Below, in pieces: positions 56,671-64,000 of a DNA stretch of 64,000 bases. Within the stretch, counting starts at the first letter, position 1. Each line of letters begins with the position of its first letter. Source of the DNA: Candidatus Nomurabacteria bacterium (GTDB lineage: Bacteria > Patescibacteriota > Minisyncoccia > Phycocordibacterales > UBA9973). The stretch is taken from positions 9,519-73,518 of the forward strand of contig JAHFNO010000006.1 in assembly GCA_023267275.1 (NCBI GenBank), given 5' to 3'. The position numbers and the translations under genes were made by a program. The notes under the pieces are model-generated. The model was not told where the DNA came from, ran no database searches, and was given only the letters and a program-made list of their open reading frames with translations.

Positions 56671-56830
56671 TAGTATACAGTATTCAGTATACGGTATACA
56701 GTATAGGTATCAGACCCTTGAATATCTAAAGTATTTCTGGTATAGTGTTTTTGCCTAAGTATGGTGTCTCGTATTTGGGTCGTTTTATTTCATACTGTAT
56801 ACGAAATACCGTATACTTAATACTAATTCA
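56671..56830. repeat. Inverted pair of 7-nt-period GTATAC-type arrays in the divergent ruvA/rpsT promoter region
   Basis: gtataca gtattca gtatacg gtataca gtatagg ... catactg tatacga aataccg tatactt aatacta. Confidence 0.75.
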
Positions 56831-56834
56831 ATCT

Positions 56835-57089
56835 ATGCCAATCACCAGTTCAGCAAAAAAGGCCATTCGCGTTTCAAAGCGCAAGAAGCTCATCAACGAT
56901 CGTCGCACAAAAAACATGAAAGAGGCGATCAAGAAGCTTGAAAAAACACTTAAAGCAGGAACAAAAGAAGAGGCAGCAAAGATGCTCCCAGCTGCGTTCC
57001 AAGCTGTAGACAAGGCTGCAAAGCGCGGTGTTATCAAGAAAAACACAGCATCTCGCAAAAAAGCTCGCCTTGCCCGTCTTACAAAGTAG
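56835..57089 (+). CDS. rpsT: 30S ribosomal protein S20
   Basis: MPITSSAKKAIR...DKAAKRGVIKKNTASRKKARL. Confidence 0.97.
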   Translation: MPITSSAKKAIRVSKRKKLINDRRTKNMKEAIKKLEKTLKAGTKEEAAKMLPAAFQAVDKAAKRGVIKKNTASRKKARLARLTK

Positions 57090-57241
57090 GAATAGGGTCT
57101 CGCCCGTATCATAAAATAATCACGTAAACCACAAGAGTACTAAAACAAGAGAACATAAAAACAACAACAAATGCCCCTAACGGGGCATTTGTTGTATACT
57201 GTTTTTGTATTTATTAGCTAATATCTAGAGCCTAATTATCT

Positions 57242-57499
57242 ATGAGCCTAATAAACTTTTATGGAACCGAATGTCCTCATTGTAAAACAATGGAGCCAAT
57301 CATTGCAGTGTTTGAAAAAGAAACAGGATTGACCGTGGAGCGCAAAGAAGTCTGGCACGATCAAGACAATATGAAAGTCATGGACGGATACGACAAGGGC
57401 GTGTGTGGGGGAGTGCCGTACTTCTTCAATACCGAAACAGGTAAATCGATTTGCGGAGAAGCGACTGTGGAAGAGCTCAAGGAATGGGCTGGAAAATAG
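57242..57499 (+). CDS. Thioredoxin/glutaredoxin-like protein
   Basis: FYGTECPHC, CGGVPYF. Confidence 0.88.
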   Translation: MSLINFYGTECPHCKTMEPIIAVFEKETGLTVERKEVWHDQDNMKVMDGYDKGVCGGVPYFFNTETGKSICGEATVEELKEWAGK

Positions 57500-57599
57500 T
57501 TGTAAAATAAGGATAAAATGATAAAAGCCATATGTATTGACATACGGCTTTTATTGTGCTATCATACGGCTAAACTTTAAAAAACAAAAAAACGCAACG

Positions 57600-58043
57600 A
57601 TGGCAAAAAATTTGAATGTTGACCCAAAAAAGGTTCAATCTATTAAGAGCTTGATTGCAAGCTCACCACTCGCATCAGAGTTCACAAGGAAAATTTGTTT
57701 CCAATTGTTGGAGCAATATCAAAAAACAGGAAATACTGTTTCGATCACACTTTTTGAATCAGAAGAAATTTCCCGTTTTGATATGATTAAGGCAACGGGG
57801 GAGTTTGAAGATTTGAGCAGTAGTGCTCGTTGTACAAAATTAAATACTGTGGTTGCAAAACTCGGTATCTCAATGGAATTTATGGCTGGACTTGGCTACT
57901 ACAACGAAGATCAGCAATTTTTCAACAAGTTTATTCCCACTGAAAATGGGGACAAAGCCGCAACCACTTTTTGGTTCTGCATTCATGGTCAGCATCATAA
58001 AAGTGAGCATCTTATATTTAAAGAAAGGTTTGAAATGGTATAG
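57600..58043 (+). CDS. Hypothetical protein
   Basis: ORF from ATG 57600, with TTGACA-17-TATCAT promoter at 57537. Confidence 0.65.
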   Translation: MAKNLNVDPKKVQSIKSLIASSPLASEFTRKICFQLLEQYQKTGNTVSITLFESEEISRFDMIKATGEFEDLSSSARCTKLNTVVAKLGISMEFMAGLGYYNEDQQFFNKFIPTENGDKAATTFWFCIHGQHHKSEHLIFKERFEMV

Positions 58044-58191
58044 ATAATCATTTTAATCAATTACACAAAACATCCGTATACAACGCGGGTGTTTTTTATT
58101 CTCTATTTACTAATTTAGCAAAATAACGTATAGTCTAACTCTGTATAAGTGTTCCCTTAGCGTGTTAATTCGTTTTTTGGCTAATAAATAT

Positions 58192-58263
58192 GATCCTGTC
58201 GTTCAACGGATAGGACACTCCCCTGCGAAGGGAGAAATGCAGGTTCGATTCCTGCCAGGATCA
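58192..58263 (+). tRNA. tRNA-Arg (anticodon GCG)
   Basis: Acceptor GATCCTG/CAGGATC, anticodon arm CTCCC-CTGCGAA-GGGAG, GCAGGTTCGATTCCTGC. Confidence 0.93.
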
Positions 58264-58302
58264 CAAAAAGAAAAAGCACCCATTAGGGTGTTTTTTCTTT
58301 TT

Positions 58303-58475
58303 GTGTCCTGAGCGAGCCAACTGTTTGGCTCGCGGCAGGAATCGAAAGACTTTTCTATGTTTTGTTTACAAAACAAGAAAAGTACCTGCCTATGTAATAG
58401 GCGATCCGTGTACTCACTTCCTGCCAGGATCACCAAGTCGTGACTACTCACGAGGAGCTTAAAATGCTCTAAATA
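58303..58475. repeat. tRNA-associated structured repeat (Arg locus, copy 1)
   Basis: Split antisense tRNA 3' end, internal hairpins, then sense TTCCTGCCAGGATCAC. Confidence 0.75.
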
Positions 58476-58578
58476 TAGCCAAATCAAAAAACTACCCGAT
58501 TGGGTAGTTTTTTGATTTGGCTATTACTGTTTATTTGCGAGAGAAGTAAATTCAAACCCCTGAGGGCTATGACATCCT

Positions 58579-58848
58579 ATGTTTAATGAAACTAAGTACA
58601 CTATCGCCATAAGTATGGGCGAGGCTTTGGAAGAGCATCAAAAACGTCTTGAAGAAGAGATTAGAAAAACATATTATAACGGGCAAAGAGAAAAAGGTGA
58701 TGAGTTGACCCGTGAAAAAGTGAATACGCTTTATGCTTACTTTCCTGTAAAAATAGACCACGAAAATGATTCTAATAATATGTCACTCGTTAAAAGATTT
58801 AATGTGTTAAGACAAGGTATTGAGAAGTTGTTTCGACGGAAAAAATAA
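58579..58848 (+). CDS. Hypothetical protein
   Basis: 89-aa ORF between the tRNA-Arg-like repeats. Confidence 0.5.
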   Translation: MFNETKYTIAISMGEALEEHQKRLEEEIRKTYYNGQREKGDELTREKVNTLYAYFPVKIDHENDSNNMSLVKRFNVLRQGIEKLFRRKK

Positions 58849-59024
58849 TTTTCACTTTTAATAAAAATACTCAAACATATCAAAATTTCGAGTTTTAAAT
58901 CGGTATCGTTCCAGAAAACATAAGACTACCAAACATGTTGATTTGTTAGGAAATAATTTTACATAATAAAACCCCCTGACAATTTTGCCAGAGGGTTTGA
59001 ATATTTTATTCCCGCTTTACTTAA

Positions 59025-59570
59025 TTACTGCACCGTTTTTTTCCTAAAAACAAGAAAATCCGGTATCAACAATTTTAACGAAACTTCCTTGTTGCCAGCT
59101 TCCTTCATTCTCTCTAATGTTCCGAGTGGGTCAATCAGAAAACTAACACCAACAAGGACAATTAGAAACCCTACTAAAGTGAGGAGAACAAATCTGAAAA
59201 CCTCGTCACCAGCAGTGCTTAAGAAATGATCTTGTCCGGGTGTTATCCCGTGAGAATCATGGTGACACTCAACTTTAATCCCGTTAGGAGTCGATTTTAC
59301 ATAATAAAACCGATGGTCTTCATTAACATTGGGGAAAACCGTAACCCAGCTTTTTTCAACATTTGGATAAAAGTAAGATTTTACTATATCAAATGATGTT
59401 AAATTTAAACCAGCCACCGGAATACCCCGCCCGTTTTCAAAGCTGTATTTTTGAGGCTCAAATCTTTGATTCTCAATGTATGCTTTGATTGGGAAAAGTG
59501 GTAGTACGATTAGAGCTATGCTCATAATACGTAGCAGTGCTGCGCGATGCGCAAGAACAAACTTTTTCAT
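59025..59570 (-). CDS. Hypothetical membrane protein
   Basis: 181 aa, N- and C-terminal hydrophobic segments. Confidence 0.6.
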   Translation of the reverse strand: MKKFVLAHRAALLRIMSIALIVLPLFPIKAYIENQRFEPQKYSFENGRGIPVAGLNLTSFDIVKSYFYPNVEKSWVTVFPNVNEDHRFYYVKSTPNGIKVECHHDSHGITPGQDHFLSTAGDEVFRFVLLTLVGFLIVLVGVSFLIDPLGTLERMKEAGNKEVSLKLLIPDFLVFRKKTVQ

Positions 59571-59643
59571 TTAATACGTTTTTGAGTTGAACATTGTTTT
59601 GGTGCCTTAGACCCGTGTCTAAGACTATCCGGTAGTTATTTCT

Positions 59644-60135
59644 TTAGGATTTTGGCTTCATTAACGTGTCTTCGTTTATACTCCTCAAGCATTCCAAGTC
59701 GTGTTCCTTTTCAGCAATTTTCTGAAAAGCATTCCTTGTTGCTTGTGGTGTTCGGCCGTTAGATAAATACCAATCATACCCATCTCCGCTAAACCTTTTG
59801 CGGAGAAACCTCGCAGTACTATCCGGCCCCAAAGTCCGCTCAAGTACCAAAATGGCGTCATGCGTAAGCTTGAGGTAGTTTGTGTGGTCTATCCAAGCTA
59901 TACGTGTAAACGCTATTTTAATTGCGCTTGCTTTCAGGGTGTCATTTGGACGCACTAGGTACGTCTTCATGGTGTCCAGGGATAATCGTTCAACTAGCGA
60001 CACTCTTACACCAGGGTAAACCGTAGTGTCGTCAGTGATTATAATTCCAGCGTTACTATTTTTCGCGCTGTTTTTTTGATCGCAATAAGCGATTGTGCCT
60101 ATAACAAGCAAAGCGGCGATGATAAAGCTTCTCAT
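59644..60135 (-). CDS. Hypothetical exported protein
   Basis: MRSFIIAALLVIGTIAYC signal-like start. Confidence 0.6.
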   Translation of the reverse strand: MRSFIIAALLVIGTIAYCDQKNSAKNSNAGIIITDDTTVYPGVRVSLVERLSLDTMKTYLVRPNDTLKASAIKIAFTRIAWIDHTNYLKLTHDAILVLERTLGPDSTARFLRKRFSGDGYDWYLSNGRTPQATRNAFQKIAEKEHDLECLRSINEDTLMKPKS

Positions 60136-60432
60136 ATGTCTATTGTGTTGTTTTTGTGGCGTAAAGCCGTTTTTTGAATTGGTTGCCCCAAGGGCTATCA
60201 AGCCATTCAGGCAACCAATTCAAGTTAAAGCAACCTTATTTTCAAAGGATATACTTATGTTTAGTATAACATATACATCATAAAAAGTCAAGCAAAATAA
60301 CCTTGTAAAATAAGGGTAGAAAAGCTAAGAAGAGTATAAAAATGGGGAATTTTGACCCAAAATCTGCCATAGATTATATTAACTAATCGTTATTTCCTTA
60401 GCGAACTTTTTCAGCAGAAAAAGATTTGTGAC

Positions 60433-60506
60433 CGATACGTGTACTCATTTCCTGTCAGGATCACATCCTCGTGATGGCTCATGAGGAGTTTAAGAAGCTC
60501 TACATA
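60433..60506. repeat. tRNA-associated repeat (Arg locus, partial copy 2)
   Basis: 74-nt ungapped match to 58402-58475 (about 59/74 by manual count), including TTCCTGTCAGGATCACA. Confidence 0.75.
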
Positions 60507-60534
60507 AAGTACCCCCCCAATTGGTTTAAATGTA

Positions 60535-61449
60535 TTACTTTTTTCCTATACTTTCCTTATATATTTTGCTTTGCCTTAAGATAAAATCCCAATATCCTGG
60601 TATGAACTGATGTGCAGCACGCACTGCTACTTCTCCAAGAAATTTGTCAGCTTCATCATTATTAGGATGACGAAAACCCTCAGTTAATTTTTTGACTATT
60701 TCACTATCCAAAGATTCTTGAAATCTAACACCAATGGAAATATAGGAATTACCACGATTGTCAGTCATGTAATTATTGCGAGGTTCCATAGGATCTCCCT
60801 CGAAGCAGCGGACGCGAAATTGCACCAATGCATAAATCCATGGGTCAGATCTAGAGAATTTAGTGTACCCTGTAAAAAGTTCTTTGTCTCCACTAGGTCT
60901 GTCGTCTAAAAATTCTAAACTTCTCGTACTCACCATTTTTTGTTTTTGTTGATCAAAAATACCTCCGCTAGCTCCAGTACCCGAGCCACGTTCTTCGTCC
61001 GTTACATTTCCTATGCCATATGAGACAAAATTGATACGCGGATCATGTTTTATGAGCTCAAGAGTTTTGTTCACTAATTTTTCTTGAAGCGCTCTTTCTA
61101 AAGCTTTAGGATCCTCGGTTGGATCTTCTTTTTTTGGTTCAACAGCGTCAACTGAAGATTTATTGCTTGAGCTCATTTTTAGAATTTCACCACGAATTGC
61201 TTCGGTGGCATACTCATCTGCAGTTTTTCTTGCTTCGTCAGCAATAATATTAAGAGATTCTTTCGATGTCGTTGTAGGAGCCAAGTTTATTTCTTTATCA
61301 TTTGGAATTCTGTCGATATTATTTTTTGCAGCAAGTGCTCCAATCTCCGCCAAGTCTTTATTATCAAGACTAGCTTTGTTTATATCTTCTAGGGTAAATT
61401 TCGCCGGTTCCACGTTTATTATATTACAATGAATTGTAGATTTCGACAA
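60535..61449 (-). CDS. Hypothetical protein
   Basis: ~300-aa ORF; start uncertain. Confidence 0.65.
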   Translation of the reverse strand: MSKSTIHCNIINVEPAKFTLEDINKASLDNKDLAEIGALAAKNNIDRIPNDKEINLAPTTTSKESLNIIADEARKTADEYATEAIRGEILKMSSSNKSSVDAVEPKKEDPTEDPKALERALQEKLVNKTLELIKHDPRINFVSYGIGNVTDEERGSGTGASGGIFDQQKQKMVSTRSLEFLDDRPSGDKELFTGYTKFSRSDPWIYALVQFRVRCFEGDPMEPRNNYMTDNRGNSYISIGVRFQESLDSEIVKKLTEGFRHPNNDEADKFLGEVAVRAAHQFIPGYWDFILRQSKIYKESIGKK

Positions 61450-61476
61450 CGATATTTTCGCACCCCATTTTCTGTC

Positions 61477-61522
61477 TAGGTCTTGCCTAGGCTATGCAAT
61501 AGGTCTTGCCTAGGCTATGCAA
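61477..61522. repeat. Perfect 23-bp tandem duplication
   Basis: taggtcttgcctaggctatgcaa x2 at the 3' end of ORF 61487-62239. Confidence 0.85.
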
Positions 61523-62239
61523 ATACTCATACGCCTTAGGAATCCACGTATCAATATCCGGATTGTATAACCAAAGCTTTCTTAAATATTCATAATATTT
61601 TTGATGGCCTGGATATCCAAAGTATTCTATTTCTCCTTGCATCTCTTTGAATTCAGGAAGGGTTTGTATTACATCATTAAACAATTCTGCCAACATCCAG
61701 AAGATTCCAGTATTTTTGTCGAGTGTTCCAAAAATCTCTGGAAATTTTTTAACTGCATAATCATAAAAAAAGAAATGCAGTATTTCATGAATTGCAATTT
61801 CATTTGAACCATTTTTGTGTTTGTAAAAAACCTGAAATGTTTTGGTGTCGAGGAATCGGGGATTGCAATTGATTGTCGATATATATCCAACCCATTTACC
61901 ATCAGGTTTGAGGGGATTTTTAAAAACAGTATTCAATTGTTTCGTAAATACATTTTCAATTTTTACCCAGTCGGTTTGAAACTGAGATACATATTGTTCC
62001 AACTCCGTTTTGTGCTCGTCATAATATGTATCAAAATATTCTCCAATAATTCTTTTTTGTTCATCCTCGTGTAAATCTTTTATGCTTGCAAGCGTTGGAT
62101 GAAAATCGGTAACGTTCTTCGAAAAATCAACACCAGCAATTTTGCTGGATTTGTTGAGAAAAACAAAAGCCATTTCTTTGTCGAGTTCTTTATTCAATTC
62201 GAATGTAATGCCTAGATTCATATGCGGAGATTGTACCAT
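61487..62239 (-). CDS. Hypothetical protein with HExxH motif (zincin-like)
   Basis: IAIHEILHFFF and downstream LAE. Confidence 0.7.
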   Translation of the reverse strand: MVQSPHMNLGITFELNKELDKEMAFVFLNKSSKIAGVDFSKNVTDFHPTLASIKDLHEDEQKRIIGEYFDTYYDEHKTELEQYVSQFQTDWVKIENVFTKQLNTVFKNPLKPDGKWVGYISTINCNPRFLDTKTFQVFYKHKNGSNEIAIHEILHFFFYDYAVKKFPEIFGTLDKNTGIFWMLAELFNDVIQTLPEFKEMQGEIEYFGYPGHQKYYEYLRKLWLYNPDIDTWIPKAYEYLHSLGKTYCIA

Positions 62240-62270
62240 GACCCCAATAGTATTTTCTTATTTATTACCT

Positions 62271-62296
62271 GGATCCTGAATCAAGTTCAGGATGAC
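62271..62296 (-). repeat. 26-bp REP-like palindrome, copy 2
   Basis: Reverse complement of 35290-35315. Confidence 0.8.
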
Positions 62297-62392
62297 CCAG
62301 AAACCCATGAATCAAAGCAGGGGAATTTGCCAAATCCGCCCGAATACGTTATATTAGTTTAGCTAATTATTAGATAAACTAACTATTTACCC

Positions 62393-62818
62393 ATGGCCAC
62401 ACATGAACATACAACGGTCACTTTGGAGGATCTCATTCTGACATTTCGCCGAAAAATTATCGACGTGTGTCGCAGAGAGGGTTTGCCATACGACCTCACA
62501 CTTTCTCAAGCAGAAATTGTTCGCTACATCGGTATGACAGGGCATGTTCCTATGAAGGACATTGCCGAGCATTTGAAAATTACTCCACCATCGGCCACTG
62601 TTGCCATTGCCGAACTAGAGAAGAAAGGAGTTGTCATGCGAGTATCTGACAAAAATGATCGCCGAATCGTTTCCATATCACTCACAAAGAAAGCTGAAAA
62701 AATATATCACTCAATGCAAAAGCATAAAGAGACCGTGCTCAAAGAAATGCTTTCACGATTGAATGAAGCCGACAAAAAAACACTTGAACGAATTATTACT
62801 ATTCTTATAAAAGACTAA
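62393..62818 (+). CDS. MarR family transcriptional regulator
   Basis: LTLSQAEIV, MKDIAEHLKITPPSAT..IAELEKKG, DKNDRRIVSISLT. Confidence 0.93.
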   Translation: MATHEHTTVTLEDLILTFRRKIIDVCRREGLPYDLTLSQAEIVRYIGMTGHVPMKDIAEHLKITPPSATVAIAELEKKGVVMRVSDKNDRRIVSISLTKKAEKIYHSMQKHKETVLKEMLSRLNEADKKTLERIITILIKD

Positions 62819-62823
62819 TCAGT

Positions 62824-64000
62824 ATGAAACAAAAATTGCACACATTTATCAATACACCAAACCATGTAGCTATGACCTCAATCGCGATTGCGCTTTTGAT
62901 TGGTATTTTTGGCTACATGCAAATTCACCGCGCGCCAACATATACATTTGCAACTGCGGGAGCGGGAACAATTGCACAACTCTCTGGAAATCAATCAACA
63001 CGTAGTCTGACACTCGGATTTGTTTCTGGTGGACGCATTGCAACTGTTTCGGTAAAAGTAGGCGACAGTGTAAGGAAGGGAGCAGTACTCGCTTCGCTTG
63101 ATGCAGGCAATGCTGCCGGCGTTCTCGCGCAAGCAAAAGCGAATTATCAAAAAGTAGTGAATGGCGCTACGAGTCCAGCTATTGATGTGGCGAAGGCAAC
63201 AGTAAATAGTGCGCAAGTAGCACTCACTGAGGCAACAAAACAACAGACAACGCTTGTTGGAAATGCACTCCGCACATTGCTCAATTCATCACTCGTTGCA
63301 GAAAATACAACGAACGCAACACTGACTCCACCAACAATTTCTGGAACATACACTGGCACAGAACAGGGAACAATTTCATTTACGATTCATCAGACTGGAA
63401 GTGCAGCGTACGCAACACTTTCAGGAATGGTTTCCGGAACAGAAAACCTGGTTTCAGGGGGAGCTACACCGATTGCTGACACAGGGCTCTTTCTTACCGT
63501 ATCAAACCTGAGTGCATATGCCGATACACAATGGAATATTCAGATTCCAAACGTAAAAGCGGTTAGTTATGTTGCAAATTACAACGCATATCAATCTGCA
63601 CTTCAGACAAAAAGTCAGGTGCTCGCAAGTGCGCAGGCAAATCTTGATCAGGCAAATGCAGCACTCACTGCGCTTGTAAGTGCGGCGCGACCAGAAGATA
63701 TTGCGGGAGCTCAAGCACAAGTAGAAATTGCGCAGGCTGCGTATGAAAATACCGTCATTGTTGCTCCAGCAGATGGCACGGTCACTGCAGTACTTGTTGC
63801 ACCAGGACAGATTGCCACAGCAAACGCAGGAGCTATTGAATTGCAGGCACTTTCTACTGAAAAAAATGTTGCCATTGCTGTGCCAGTAAGTGCAATCTTT
63901 TCTCGTAATGGAATCTCTTATGTGCTTTTGCAGAAAGGCAACAGTGTTGTGGAGCAGGCAGTAACGCTCGGTGATAAAGATGCAGTGCTTGTTGAAATCA
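62824..64000 (+). CDS. Efflux RND/HlyD periplasmic adaptor subunit, 3'-truncated by the window (not in the ORF track)
   Basis: Manual translation from ATG 62824: TM, LGFVSGGRIATVSVKVGDSVRKGAVLASLD (lipoyl half), coiled coils, IVAPADGTVTAV. Confidence 0.88.
   Translation, partial: MKQKLHTFINTPNHVAMTSIAIALLIGIFGYMQIHRAPTYTFATAGAGTIAQLSGNQSTRSLTLGFVSGGRIATVSVKVGDSVRKGAVLASLDAGNAAGVLAQAKANYQKVVNGATSPAIDVAKATVNSAQVALTEATKQQTTLVGNALRTLLNSSLVAENTTNATLTPPTISGTYTGTEQGTISFTIHQTGSAAYATLSGMVSGTENLVSGGATPIADTGLFLTVSNLSAYADTQWNIQIPNVKAVSYVANYNAYQSALQTKSQVLASAQANLDQANAALTALVSAARPEDIAGAQAQVEIAQAAYENTVIVAPADGTVTAVLVAPGQIATANAGAIELQALSTEKNVAIAVPVSAIFSRNGISYVLLQKGNSVVEQAVTLGDKDAVLVEI

Noticed and set aside
58264-62300. 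Prophage or classical integrative element at tRNA-Arg
   Set aside because: No integrase, phage structural or replication genes recognisable.
1-64000. CRISPR array or cas genes
   Set aside because: No run of identical 25-40 nt repeats with unique spacers and no Cas-like ORF; the repeats seen are short-period or dispersed.

Overview
Origin-of-replication region of a small, AT-rich bacterial chromosome. Gene content and style (T4SS-like VirB4/PrgI/pilin locus, shortened YebC and PolA, dispersed ruvA/B/C, many ORFans) suggest Patescibacteria/Parcubacteria (CPR); this is inference. Left to right: a VirB6/PrgI/VirB4/pilin secretion-like cluster (1-12.7 kb); jag-yidC-yidD-rnpA-rpmH | dnaA-oriC-dnaN; PBP1A, tyrS, ruvC, yebC, ruvB, a PilB-type ATPase, surface proteins, tsaE, a PlsC-type acyltransferase and polA; a type I restriction-modification island with NYN, membrane and Fic cargo (40-49 kb); holA, GIY-YIG, dsbB, tRNA-Lys, a TrmH-family methylase, mutM, a RelE/Phd pair, ruvA, rpsT, tRNA-Arg(GCG), ORFans and MarR plus an efflux adaptor. 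The most unusual signals are non-coding: (1) two four-helix-bundle genes, each bracketed by inverted arrays of its own 8-nt or 7-nt periodic repeat, with 'empty' arrays of the same types at many other intergenic sites; (2) structured repeats containing tRNA-3'-end sequence behind both tRNAs; (3) a 302-bp GIY-YIG unit with perfect 22-bp terminal inverted repeats plus an empty sibling; (4) a 154-bp identical multi-hairpin element in two copies; (5) three candidate ncRNAs; (6) three in-frame repeat insertions in mutM; (7) pervasive leaderless promoter geometry. All calls come from reading the sequence by eye; no searches were run.
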